Source: a virus (Duplodnaviria; Caudoviricetes). From it: 35,374 bases of DNA. The notes under the pieces are model-generated. The model did not search any database. It saw only the letters and a list, made by a program, of their open reading frames with translations, and was not told where the DNA came from. The position numbers and the translations under genes were made by a program. Shown piece by piece: positions 17,661 to 26,287 of the stretch. The DNA lies in IMG/VR virus record IMGVR_UViG_3300020042_013011, positions 1 through 35,374 of that record; one strand, given 5' to 3'. Numbering within the stretch: the first letter of the stretch is position 1; the number at the start of each line of letters is the position of its first letter.

Positions 17661-20600
17661 ATGGCAAACGAATTTAAAATAAAGAATGGTTTCTTCTCAG
17701 AAGGATCATCAAACGTAACCGGATCATTTAATGTATCCGCAGGTATAACTGGATCACTTTTAGGAACTGCATCATTTGCAACAACAGCATCTTATTGGAC
17801 GGGAACTGTTACAAGTGCATCATATGCAACAACGGCTTCTTACGTTTTAAATGCTGTTTCTAGTTCATTTGCTACAAGTGCTTCATTTTCTCAAACTGCT
17901 CAAACAGCTTCATATGTCTTGAACGCAGTATCTAGTTCCTTTGCTACATCTGCTTCGTTTGCTGTATCTTCTTCAAGAGCGGTAACTGCTTCATTTGCAA
18001 TATCTGCTTCTTGGGCACCTGGAGGTGGAGGAGGAGGCCCAGCATTCCCCTTTACAGGTTCAGCTCAAATAACAGGATCATTAGGTGTTACCGGTTCAAT
18101 CAATAATTTACTTATTAGTACGGGTAATGGTAACGTTTCAACAAACGTTTCAATTGGTTCAACTACTGCATTTAGTGGATCAAATACTGGAACACATAAT
18201 ACTGCAATTGGATCTGGTTCATTATTTTCTAATACAACAGGTATTTCTAATACAGCAATAGGTATTAATGCTTTAAATGCTAATACAACAGGTCAAGATA
18301 ATATTGCAATTGGTCGTGAATCTTTAAAAAACAATGATTATGGAAGCTATAACATTGCATTAGGAGGTGCTTCTTTAAGAAATAACGTTTCTGGAAATAA
18401 TAACATTGCCCAAGGATACCGCTCACTTTATTATAATACTTCAGGTGAATCCAATATAGCAATTGGACGTCTTACTTTATATAGAAATACTTCAGGTATT
18501 AATAACACAGCAATAGGTAATGAAGCTTTACGTCTTAATACAACAGGAACCGATAATACAGCAATTGGTAACAATATTTTAACATATAATACAACCGGTC
18601 AATATAATATTGCAATTGGTAAACGTACATTAGAAGGAAATGGATATGGTAATAACAATATTGCTTTTGGACCAGGTGCTTTAAAATCCAGTGTTACTTC
18701 AAGTTATAATATTGCAATCGGAACAGATGCTTTAAATGCTTTTAATACAACTTCAACATATGCAACCAATATAGCAATTGGATTCCGTGCTTTACGAGGC
18801 CAACCAGGATATAGTACAGGTATTCAAAACATAGCAGTTGGAATAGAAGCTTTAAAATCAACCACCAGTGGTAATAATAATACAGCAATTGGAACACAAG
18901 CTTTATTCTATAATACAACAGGTGCCAATAATACAGCAATAGGAAATCTTGCTTTAAAATATAGTACTATAAGTTATAATAATGTAGCAATTGGTACCGG
19001 TGCAATGTATTATTTTAATACAACTGCTACTGGTTATTCTAATACAGCAATTGGAGCATGTGCATTATTTGGCTACTCTGGCTACAGTACTGGATATCAT
19101 AATACAGCAGTTGGATTTGAAGCTTTAAAATATAATAGAGCAGGTACTTCTAATAGTGCACTTGGACATAAAGCTTTATTTGCAAACCAAACCGGAAGCA
19201 AAAACGTAGCAATTGGATGTAACTCCCTTAGTTCAATTACTGCAGGAACTGGAAGTGTTGCTATAGGAAATAATTCCGCTATTTTAGATTGTAATAACAC
19301 CCCAATATCAGGCCTATATAATTCAGTTATTATCGGATATGATGCTCGTGTTAAATCTAGTGGTGATCGTAATACAATTGTTATTGGATGGGGTGCTAAA
19401 GGAAATGGCTCTAATACAACTACAATTGGACGCTCTTTAACAGAGATAACCTGTTTCCCCGGTGGATGTGTACAGGCAAATAATTTCGTTGCAACTACTG
19501 GATCAGGTATAGGATTTCAAGGAACAGCTTCATTTGCAGTTTCTGCTTCTTGGGCACCTGGAGGTGGAGGAGGAGGCCCAGCATTCCCATTTACGGGATC
19601 TGCTCAAATTACAGGTTCATTAGGAGTAACAGGTTCAATTAATGATTTATTTATTAGTACGGGTAATGGTAACGTTTCAACAAACGTTTCAATTGGTTCA
19701 ACTACTGCTTTTGATAGTTCTGCTACTGGTACCTATAACATAGCAATGGGTGTTCGATCTTTACAATTTACTACAGTCGGAAGTAATAACACTGCACTTG
19801 GATCCGATTCTTTACGTTATAACACATCTGGATCTAGTAATGTTGCAGTTGGAAATGCTGCTTTGTTTAAGAACTCTACAGGAGTAGGAAATGTAGCTGT
19901 AGGTTCTGGTGCATTAAGAGGTAGCTTTAGTGCATTTTTAAGTGTAGGTTCAAACAACACAGCCCTAGGCACCTCAGCATTAAGCCAAAATATTTCAGGT
20001 TCTTGTAATATTGCTATTGGTTACCGCTCCCAATTTAACGCATTTTCAGGATCCAATAACATATCAATAGGTGCTTCGGCTTTACATAGTATTAGATCAG
20101 GTTCCCATAATATTGCTATTGGTTCTGGTTCTTTATATTGTGCTACTTTTGGTCACAATAATATAGGTTTAGGTGAGAATACTTTAAGACTTAATGGAAC
20201 GGGAAGTCATAATATTGCTTTAGGTCAAAGAGCATCATTTTCTAACACAACAGGAACTTATAATATTGCTTTAGGTCAAAGAGCATTATTTGCAAACTCA
20301 ACCGGAGGAAATAATGTTGCAATAGGTCAAAATGCTTTAACGAATAATTCATCTAGCAATAATATAGCATTAGGTCTAGATTCTTTACGTTGCAACACAA
20401 CAGGATTCCGCAATGTAGCAATAGGTCCAAGTGCTTTAAGTTGTAATACAACCAGTTGTTATAATATAGCAATGTCTTTTCAAGCTTTAATGTACAATAC
20501 AACGGGAAATGGCAATACAGCAATTGGTGGAACTGCTTTACGCAATAATACAACCGGACAACAGAATACAGCAATTGGTTATCGTGCTTTATGTAACAAC

Positions 20601-21485
20601 AGATCAGGATCATTTAATATAGCTATTGGCCCTAATGCTTTACGTACTCCTGCTGGGGCTTGTCATAATATTGCTTTAGGAAGTGGTTCTCTTGCTTTAA
20701 CTACAACAGGAACTGATAATGTTGCTTTAGGTCGAGTATCTCTTACTAATAATGCAATAGGAACTGATAATGTTGCTTTAGGTCAATGTACTTTATTTTG
20801 TAACAATAGTGGAAGCCATAATACCGCAATTGGTTATAGAGCTTTAAATAGAAATACAACAGGTAGCTGTAATATAGCTTTTGGTAGAGATTCCCTATAT
20901 ACTAACGTATCAGATTTTAATATAGGTATTGGTGCATGCACATTGCGTGGAAATACATCTGGTGATAATAACACTGCAATAGGCCAAAATGCTTTATTTT
21001 CTAACCAAACCGGTAGATGTAATATAGCAATAGGTACAAATGCTTTAATATGTAACACAACTAGTTGTAATAACATAGCTCTAGGCGTGGGTGCATTAAA
21101 CTGTAATACAACATATAATTCTAATATAGCTTTAGGTAATAGTGCTTTAAGATGTAATGTTCGTGGTTCAGATAATATTTCTTTTGGTTATAATTCCCTA
21201 AGACTAAACGTTTCAGGAAGCTGTAATATTGCTATAGGTAGAAATGCATTTTGTCTTAACACAGCTACAACAGGAAGTCATAACATTGGTCTTGGATACA
21301 ATACTCAATTTACCGGAAGCTTTTCAGTAATATTAGGTAAAGATGCAGTATCAACAGGAAACTGTCAGTTTGTAGTTGGAAGTACTGGTACTCCATTAGG
21401 CACAGTAACAACTGAAACATGTACATCAACTAGAACATGGTCTGTAGTTATTAATGGAGTTTCAAGAAAAATATTACTTGTATAA
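17661..21485 (+). CDS. Large tail fibre/adhesin with YadA-like ~14-aa N(T/I)AIG repeats, internally duplicated
   Basis: 1274 aa; dozens of N(T/I/V)A(I/L)GxxALxxNTTG repeats; two copies of the SASWAPGGGGGGPAFPFTGSAQITGSLGVTGS block. Confidence 0.8.
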   Translation: MANEFKIKNGFFSEGSSNVTGSFNVSAGITGSLLGTASFATTASYWTGTVTSASYATTASYVLNAVSSSFATSASFSQTAQTASYVLNAVSSSFATSASFAVSSSRAVTASFAISASWAPGGGGGGPAFPFTGSAQITGSLGVTGSINNLLISTGNGNVSTNVSIGSTTAFSGSNTGTHNTAIGSGSLFSNTTGISNTAIGINALNANTTGQDNIAIGRESLKNNDYGSYNIALGGASLRNNVSGNNNIAQGYRSLYYNTSGESNIAIGRLTLYRNTSGINNTAIGNEALRLNTTGTDNTAIGNNILTYNTTGQYNIAIGKRTLEGNGYGNNNIAFGPGALKSSVTSSYNIAIGTDALNAFNTTSTYATNIAIGFRALRGQPGYSTGIQNIAVGIEALKSTTSGNNNTAIGTQALFYNTTGANNTAIGNLALKYSTISYNNVAIGTGAMYYFNTTATGYSNTAIGACALFGYSGYSTGYHNTAVGFEALKYNRAGTSNSALGHKALFANQTGSKNVAIGCNSLSSITAGTGSVAIGNNSAILDCNNTPISGLYNSVIIGYDARVKSSGDRNTIVIGWGAKGNGSNTTTIGRSLTEITCFPGGCVQANNFVATTGSGIGFQGTASFAVSASWAPGGGGGGPAFPFTGSAQITGSLGVTGSINDLFISTGNGNVSTNVSIGSTTAFDSSATGTYNIAMGVRSLQFTTVGSNNTALGSDSLRYNTSGSSNVAVGNAALFKNSTGVGNVAVGSGALRGSFSAFLSVGSNNTALGTSALSQNISGSCNIAIGYRSQFNAFSGSNNISIGASALHSIRSGSHNIAIGSGSLYCATFGHNNIGLGENTLRLNGTGSHNIALGQRASFSNTTGTYNIALGQRALFANSTGGNNVAIGQNALTNNSSSNNIALGLDSLRCNTTGFRNVAIGPSALSCNTTSCYNIAMSFQALMYNTTGNGNTAIGGTALRNNTTGQQNTAIGYRALCNNRSGSFNIAIGPNALRTPAGACHNIALGSGSLALTTTGTDNVALGRVSLTNNAIGTDNVALGQCTLFCNNSGSHNTAIGYRALNRNTTGSCNIAFGRDSLYTNVSDFNIGIGACTLRGNTSGDNNTAIGQNALFSNQTGRCNIAIGTNALICNTTSCNNIALGVGALNCNTTYNSNIALGNSALRCNVRGSDNISFGYNSLRLNVSGSCNIAIGRNAFCLNTATTGSHNIGLGYNTQFTGSFSVILGKDAVSTGNCQFVVGSTGTPLGTVTTETCTSTRTWSVVINGVSRKILLV
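17988..19712 (+). repeat. Dispersed ~185-bp direct repeat within the large fibre gene (17988-18173 and 19527-19712)
   Basis: Offset 1539 bp (513 codons); long identical stretches, mostly synonymous differences. Confidence 0.85.
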
Positions 21486-21491
21486 GATAAC

Positions 21492-21522
21492 TTGGATATT
21501 TGAAATATTTTTATTACATTAT
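21492..21522 (+). promoter_or_regulatory. Possible Bacteroidota-type host-sigma promoter
   Basis: TTG (21492)-N20-TACATTAT, an imperfect match to TTTG-N19-21-TAnnTTTG; no ATATTTAT motif in this leader. Confidence 0.35.
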
Positions 21523-21541
21523 AGTAAACAAATAAAATTTT

Positions 21542-22363
21542 ATGGTACAAAAAGTTTTTTATAACGCATCGATGCCTCGAGCAGGTTCAACATTATTGCA
21601 AAATATTTTAATGCAAAACCCGGATATTTATTCAACTCCAACTTCGGGTGTGATTGAATTTTTATTAAATGCAAGAACAGTATATTCTGCGGGTGATGCT
21701 TTTAAAGCACAAGATCAAGATGAAATGAAAGCAGGATTTAAAAATTTCTGCAAAACTGGATTACATGGTTTTTTTGATGGGATTACTGATCGCCCTTATA
21801 TAATGGAAAAAAGTAGAGGATGGTTAGGTCACTTTAATTTTATTGAATTTTTTACGGATGAAAAACCTAAAATGGTAGTCATGGTACGAGATTTACGTGC
21901 TATTTTTGCTTCAATGGAGAAAAATTTCCGTAAACACCCCGATAAAGACCCAATGATTATTAATGGTGTTGAATTGAAAAATATGACTACAGCAGCACGT
22001 GTAGATCATTTCTCAGTTGCCCCACCAATTGGACCTTCAATGGAATGGTTATCTGAAGCAATCCATCAAGGAATAGATAAAGATATTTTATTTATTCGTT
22101 TTGAAGATTTGACAGTAGACCCTGAAACCGAAATAAAAAAAGTATACAAATATTTAGAATTACCGTATTTTAAACATGATTTTAACAATGTTGAACAATT
22201 AACTCATGAGAATGATGTTATTCATGGAATATTTGGTGATCATAAAATCCAACCTCAAGTAAAACCAGTATATGGTAATTTTATTGAAATTTTAGGAAAA
22301 GATCAATGTGATCGTTTACGCCAACATTATGATTGGTATTTTAGAGCTTTTAATTATATTTAA
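21542..22363 (+). CDS. PAPS-dependent sulfotransferase
   Basis: 5'-PSB loop SMPRAGSTLL, 3'-PB motif VRDLRAIFAS, and IRFEDL..DPE motif. Confidence 0.88.
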   Translation: MVQKVFYNASMPRAGSTLLQNILMQNPDIYSTPTSGVIEFLLNARTVYSAGDAFKAQDQDEMKAGFKNFCKTGLHGFFDGITDRPYIMEKSRGWLGHFNFIEFFTDEKPKMVVMVRDLRAIFASMEKNFRKHPDKDPMIINGVELKNMTTAARVDHFSVAPPIGPSMEWLSEAIHQGIDKDILFIRFEDLTVDPETEIKKVYKYLELPYFKHDFNNVEQLTHENDVIHGIFGDHKIQPQVKPVYGNFIEILGKDQCDRLRQHYDWYFRAFNYI

Positions 22364-22377
22364 TATTTATAAACAAA

Positions 22378-22620
22378 ATGGAAGAAACATATACCCCAGA
22401 ACAAATCCAACACCACATTAATGCAGCATTTGATTCAGTTAATCTGATCAACACTGAAATTACTCAAGAAGTAACTGATAACCGTAAAGACACTGTAAAA
22501 CGTAATGTTCAACATCTTGAACTTATGATCGGTAAAGATTGGTTTGAAGCAGGATGTACAGCACAACAAGTAACTGATATCAATGCATGTATTGCTGCTG
22601 GAAACACATACACAGCGTAA
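22378..22620 (+). CDS. Small hypothetical protein
   Basis: 80 aa ORF preceded by the late motif at 22363. Confidence 0.7.
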   Translation: MEETYTPEQIQHHINAAFDSVNLINTEITQEVTDNRKDTVKRNVQHLELMIGKDWFEAGCTAQQVTDINACIAAGNTYTA

Positions 22621-22637
22621 AACCAACTAAAAAAGTT

Positions 22638-23108
22638 ATGATATATTGGTTTACAGGGCAACCTGGACATGGTAAAACGGTTTTAGCATCTGCTTTAAAG
22701 CAAGAATTAGATAATACATTTCATATTGACGGAGATGACCTGCGTGCTATATTCGATAATAAAGACTATAGCGAGGCAGGCCGCCGCAAAAATATTGAAT
22801 TGGCTCAACAATTAGCTCATTTTTTACACAACAAAGAATGTAATGTAGTTGTGTCGCTAGTTTCTCCTTATCAAGATCAACGTGAGGAATTTAAAAATAA
22901 ACTTGGAAAATCTATAAAAGAGTTTTATGTTCATACTACCGAAATAAGAGGTAGAGAAAACTTCCACGTTGAAAATTACCAACAACCAACAGAAAATTAT
23001 CTTGATGTAGATACTACAAATATTTCGGTTGAAGAATGTTTAAATAAAATAAAAAGTTATGCAAAATTGGAGCAAAAAAGTACACGTACAATCATCACTG
23101 GAATCTAA
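22638..23108 (+). CDS. cysC: Adenylyl-sulfate (APS) kinase
   Basis: WFTGQPGHGKT P-loop, IDGDDLR, YSEAGRRKNI and VVVSLVSPY..QRE; start moved from 22587 to ATG 22638 to avoid overlap with the previous gene. Confidence 0.88.
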   Translation: MIYWFTGQPGHGKTVLASALKQELDNTFHIDGDDLRAIFDNKDYSEAGRRKNIELAQQLAHFLHNKECNVVVSLVSPYQDQREEFKNKLGKSIKEFYVHTTEIRGRENFHVENYQQPTENYLDVDTTNISVEECLNKIKSYAKLEQKSTRTIITGI

Positions 23109-23463
23109 ATCAAATCAATATGCAATGTTTATTGGTCGTTGGCAACCCTTACACCCAGGACATAAAGCATTATTTCAACAAGCTTTAGATGAAGGAAAAA
23201 ATGTTTGGATTGCAATTAGAGATGTTGAAACAACAGAATCAAACCCATTTGATGCTCAAGAAGTACTTGAAAATATTGGAAATGAATATAAAGAACTTTG
23301 TGGACAAGGTCGAGTTAAAGTTAGTATCATCCCTGACATATGTTCGGTTGAGTTTGGTAGAGGAGTTGGTTATGATATTATTGAACATATACCTCCCACT
23401 CAGATAGCAGAAATCTCAGCAACTAAAGTTAGAGAACAAATGCGTAAAGAAGGTAAGTTATGA
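23059..23463 (+). CDS. HIGH-motif (cytidylyltransferase-like) nucleotidyltransferase
   Basis: FIGRWQPLHPGH (HxGH motif), NPF and ISATKVRE (KMSKS-equivalent). Confidence 0.85.
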   Translation: MQNWSKKVHVQSSLESKSNQYAMFIGRWQPLHPGHKALFQQALDEGKNVWIAIRDVETTESNPFDAQEVLENIGNEYKELCGQGRVKVSIIPDICSVEFGRGVGYDIIEHIPPTQIAEISATKVREQMRKEGKL

Positions 23464-23906
23464 AAACAAAAATAAAAAAATTTCAAATTCGATTCAACGT
23501 TAATAGCCAAGCAGAACATGAACGTTGGCGTCTTATTGAAGATGGTAAAGAATATCTAGTATCTAATATCATCATTGATGGTCATACTTGTACTACAATG
23601 GATTGGATGGAAGATCTTCAAGATTATAAGTGGCATATTAGTTGTGAAGGATATGTTACTATCCAAAATAATACAGCATATGTTGTTACAGTAAAAGAAG
23701 ATTCGGTAATGACACGACATATCTTAAAAACATTTTCATACCGCATTTTAGGCACGTTAACAACAGTCCTTGTTGCCTATTCATTAGGCGCTTCAATTCA
23801 ATTATCATCCCTACTTGGAGTAGGTGAATTACTTATAAAACCCGTTATCTACTTTTTCCACGAACGAGTATGGTACAAATATCTTAGAATAGGAAACAAA
23901 AAATAA
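23460..23906 (+). CDS. Two-domain protein with a C-terminal DUF2061-like membrane domain
   Basis: C-terminal RHILKTFSYRILGTLTT...KPVIYFFHERVW with two hydrophobic segments; soluble N-terminal ~80 aa. Confidence 0.7.
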   Translation: MKTKIKKFQIRFNVNSQAEHERWRLIEDGKEYLVSNIIIDGHTCTTMDWMEDLQDYKWHISCEGYVTIQNNTAYVVTVKEDSVMTRHILKTFSYRILGTLTTVLVAYSLGASIQLSSLLGVGELLIKPVIYFFHERVWYKYLRIGNKK

Positions 23907-23907
23907 C

Positions 23908-24786
23908 ATGGAAGAAAAATATATAGTTTGGCATATCGAAGGTGGTTTAGGTAAAAACGTTGCTGCTACTGCTTTATTAAGTACTATCCAAGAAACATAT
24001 AGCGATAGAAAAATAGTTGTTGTTGCTTCATACCCCGAGGTGTTCTTAAATCATCCCGCGGCTTACCGCGTTTATAAAATGGGTTCTACGCAATATTTTT
24101 ATGATGATTATATCAAAAATAAAGATACGCTTATTTTCAAACATGAACCATATTTTGAGACACAACATATTTTAAAAAATAAACACTTAATTGCAAATTG
24201 GTGCAAACTTACAGGTATTGAATATACATTTCAAACACCTATCTTGAATTTTAATTTTGTTCAACAACGAAATTCTATCCAATGGCAAAGAGAAAAACCA
24301 ATTTTGGTAATCCAAACAAATGGAGGTCCTTTAAATAGTGCTTTAGAATACTCCTGGACACGAGATATTCCATTTAACATGTCAAACCAAATTGTTAACA
24401 AATATAGAGAAACACATCATATTATTCAAATATGTAAACCATCCTCATTAAAAATTGAGGGAGCTGAAGTAATTGATTCTCATCTTCAGGCAATGGAATT
24501 ATTTTCATTACTAGCAGTTAGTGATAAACGTGTTTTAATTGATTCAAGTTTGCAACATGCGGCCGCTGCTATGAATCTTAAGTCAACAGTATTTTGGATT
24601 GGTACATCCGCTAAAAACTTTGGATATTCAATTCATAAAAATATTGAAGCAAATCCACCCACAGATATAGTAAAACTTGTAGACTCTTACTTGTTTGATT
24701 ATTCATTTGAAGGCATAACTCATGAATGTCCATATTTTAGCTTAGAAGAAATGTTTGATATGCCTGAAATAATCAAAACTATATAA
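23908..24786 (+). CDS. Glycosyltransferase, GT9 (heptosyltransferase)-like GT-B fold
   Basis: N-terminal EGGLGKNV and C-terminal IDSSLQHAAAAMNLKSTVFW resemble the GT9 GIGD and DSGxxHxAAA motifs. Confidence 0.75.
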   Translation: MEEKYIVWHIEGGLGKNVAATALLSTIQETYSDRKIVVVASYPEVFLNHPAAYRVYKMGSTQYFYDDYIKNKDTLIFKHEPYFETQHILKNKHLIANWCKLTGIEYTFQTPILNFNFVQQRNSIQWQREKPILVIQTNGGPLNSALEYSWTRDIPFNMSNQIVNKYRETHHIIQICKPSSLKIEGAEVIDSHLQAMELFSLLAVSDKRVLIDSSLQHAAAAMNLKSTVFWIGTSAKNFGYSIHKNIEANPPTDIVKLVDSYLFDYSFEGITHECPYFSLEEMFDMPEIIKTI

Positions 24787-24808
24787 TATTTATAATAAAA
24801 TATATTAA

Positions 24809-25957
24809 ATGGCACTTACATTAACTAAAATAGGTATAACAACAGGTAATACTATTGAAGCATATCACGTAACTCAATCGATTGATGCTTTTACTAGTGC
24901 CGTTGCATACGACATTAGTCTTACTGGTTCATTTACTGTAACAGGTTCCATTTCTAATGGAGTTAGCAATAATGCATCTGGATTAAACTCACATGCTGAA
25001 GGACAATTCAATACATCATCAGGGGCTTATTCTCATGCAGAAGGCTATTTAACTCTTTCATCAGGCTCTTATTCACATGTTGAAGGTTATTCTTCCATAG
25101 CAAAAGGACAATACTCACATGCTGAAGGCACCAGCACAACATCTATAGGAGACTATTCACATACTGAAGGTTACCAAACTTCCTCCCCAGGAAACTACTC
25201 ACACGCCGAAGGTTCATTTACTATAGCCCCAGGGCAAAGTGCCCACTCTGAAGGATACTTTACATCAGCTTCAGGTGATTATAGTCATGCTGAAGGATCC
25301 CAAACCACATCCTCAGGCCAATACTCACATGCTGAAGGAATTTCAACACGAGCAGTAGGGATAGGTTCTCATGCTGAAGGATCAAGTTCCCTTGCTTCAG
25401 GTAATGGATCTCATGCTCAAGGATCTCAAACTACAGCATCAGGTCAATTTTCTTTTGCTGCAGGTGTTCAAAATAAATCATTAAGTATAGGATCGTTTGC
25501 TTTAGGTCTTCAATCAGTTGCAAATGGTCAATATTCAACATCCATAGGATATCTTTCTTATGCTGCAGGAATTTCTTCATTTGCTGCTGGATATTCCACA
25601 TCAGCATCAGGACAATATAGTTTTGCTATTGGTGATACTACAAATGCTTTAGGATATAGTTCATTTACTCAAGGAGGTGGTACTATAGCATCAGGTTCGT
25701 ATCAAGCAGTATTAGGTACTCACAATACACAAGGAGATTCAACTTCCACACTTATAGTAGGAATAGGCTTAACTGCAGTTTCTCGCAAAGATGCATTCAA
25801 AGTTAGAATGTCCGGTTCAATCGTATTACCAACTACCCAATCATCACAACCCGCTTGGACAGGTACCGATGGTGAAATGATATTTGCAACCGTAACAGGA
25901 AATCATATATTTTATGTATGGATGGCGGGTGCGTGGAGATCAGGTTCATTAGTATAA
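24809..25957 (+). CDS. Fibre/adhesin-like protein with SHAEG (YadA-head-like) repeats
   Basis: About 11 tandem 14-aa SHAEG-type repeats followed by SFAAG-type repeats; C-terminal domain paralogous to 10469..11797. Confidence 0.75.
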   Translation: MALTLTKIGITTGNTIEAYHVTQSIDAFTSAVAYDISLTGSFTVTGSISNGVSNNASGLNSHAEGQFNTSSGAYSHAEGYLTLSSGSYSHVEGYSSIAKGQYSHAEGTSTTSIGDYSHTEGYQTSSPGNYSHAEGSFTIAPGQSAHSEGYFTSASGDYSHAEGSQTTSSGQYSHAEGISTRAVGIGSHAEGSSSLASGNGSHAQGSQTTASGQFSFAAGVQNKSLSIGSFALGLQSVANGQYSTSIGYLSYAAGISSFAAGYSTSASGQYSFAIGDTTNALGYSSFTQGGGTIASGSYQAVLGTHNTQGDSTSTLIVGIGLTAVSRKDAFKVRMSGSIVLPTTQSSQPAWTGTDGEMIFATVTGNHIFYVWMAGAWRSGSLV

Positions 25958-25978
25958 ATTAAAAATAAAAATAAAATT

Positions 25979-26242
25979 ATGTCAACAGTTACAGAAAAAC
26001 AGTTTTTAACCGAGGAAGAATTAACCTCTTTAAAAAAAATTCAAGCGAATACACGAATGTTAATTGCAGAATTAGGTGAAATTGAACTAATTAAATTACA
26101 ATTAGAAAATCGCCATGATGCCGCTAAAAAATTTTTAAGTGAGTTAAGAATTAACGAACAAGAACTTACTAAGTCTATATCCGAAAAATATGGTAAAGCT
26201 AATGTTGACCCGGAAACTGGTGAAATTACACCAGTAGAGTAA
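25979..26242 (+). CDS. Small coiled-coil hypothetical protein
   Basis: 87 aa, heptad-like, ends KYGKANVDPETGEITPVE. Confidence 0.7.
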   Translation: MSTVTEKQFLTEEELTSLKKIQANTRMLIAELGEIELIKLQLENRHDAAKKFLSELRINEQELTKSISEKYGKANVDPETGEITPVE

Positions 26243-26287
26243 TCTAAATCAGAATACACCATATTTATAATAAAATAAACAATTACA

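Noticed and set aside
17988-19712. Direct repeat pair as a diversity-generating retroelement TR/VR
   Set aside because: Differences are mostly synonymous third-position changes, not adenine-specific, and no reverse transcriptase is present in the window
22587-22637. ORF-track start of the APS kinase at 22587
   Set aside because: It overlaps the upstream gene and adds an implausible MYCCW extension; ATG 22638 gives a typical CysC start with an A-rich leader
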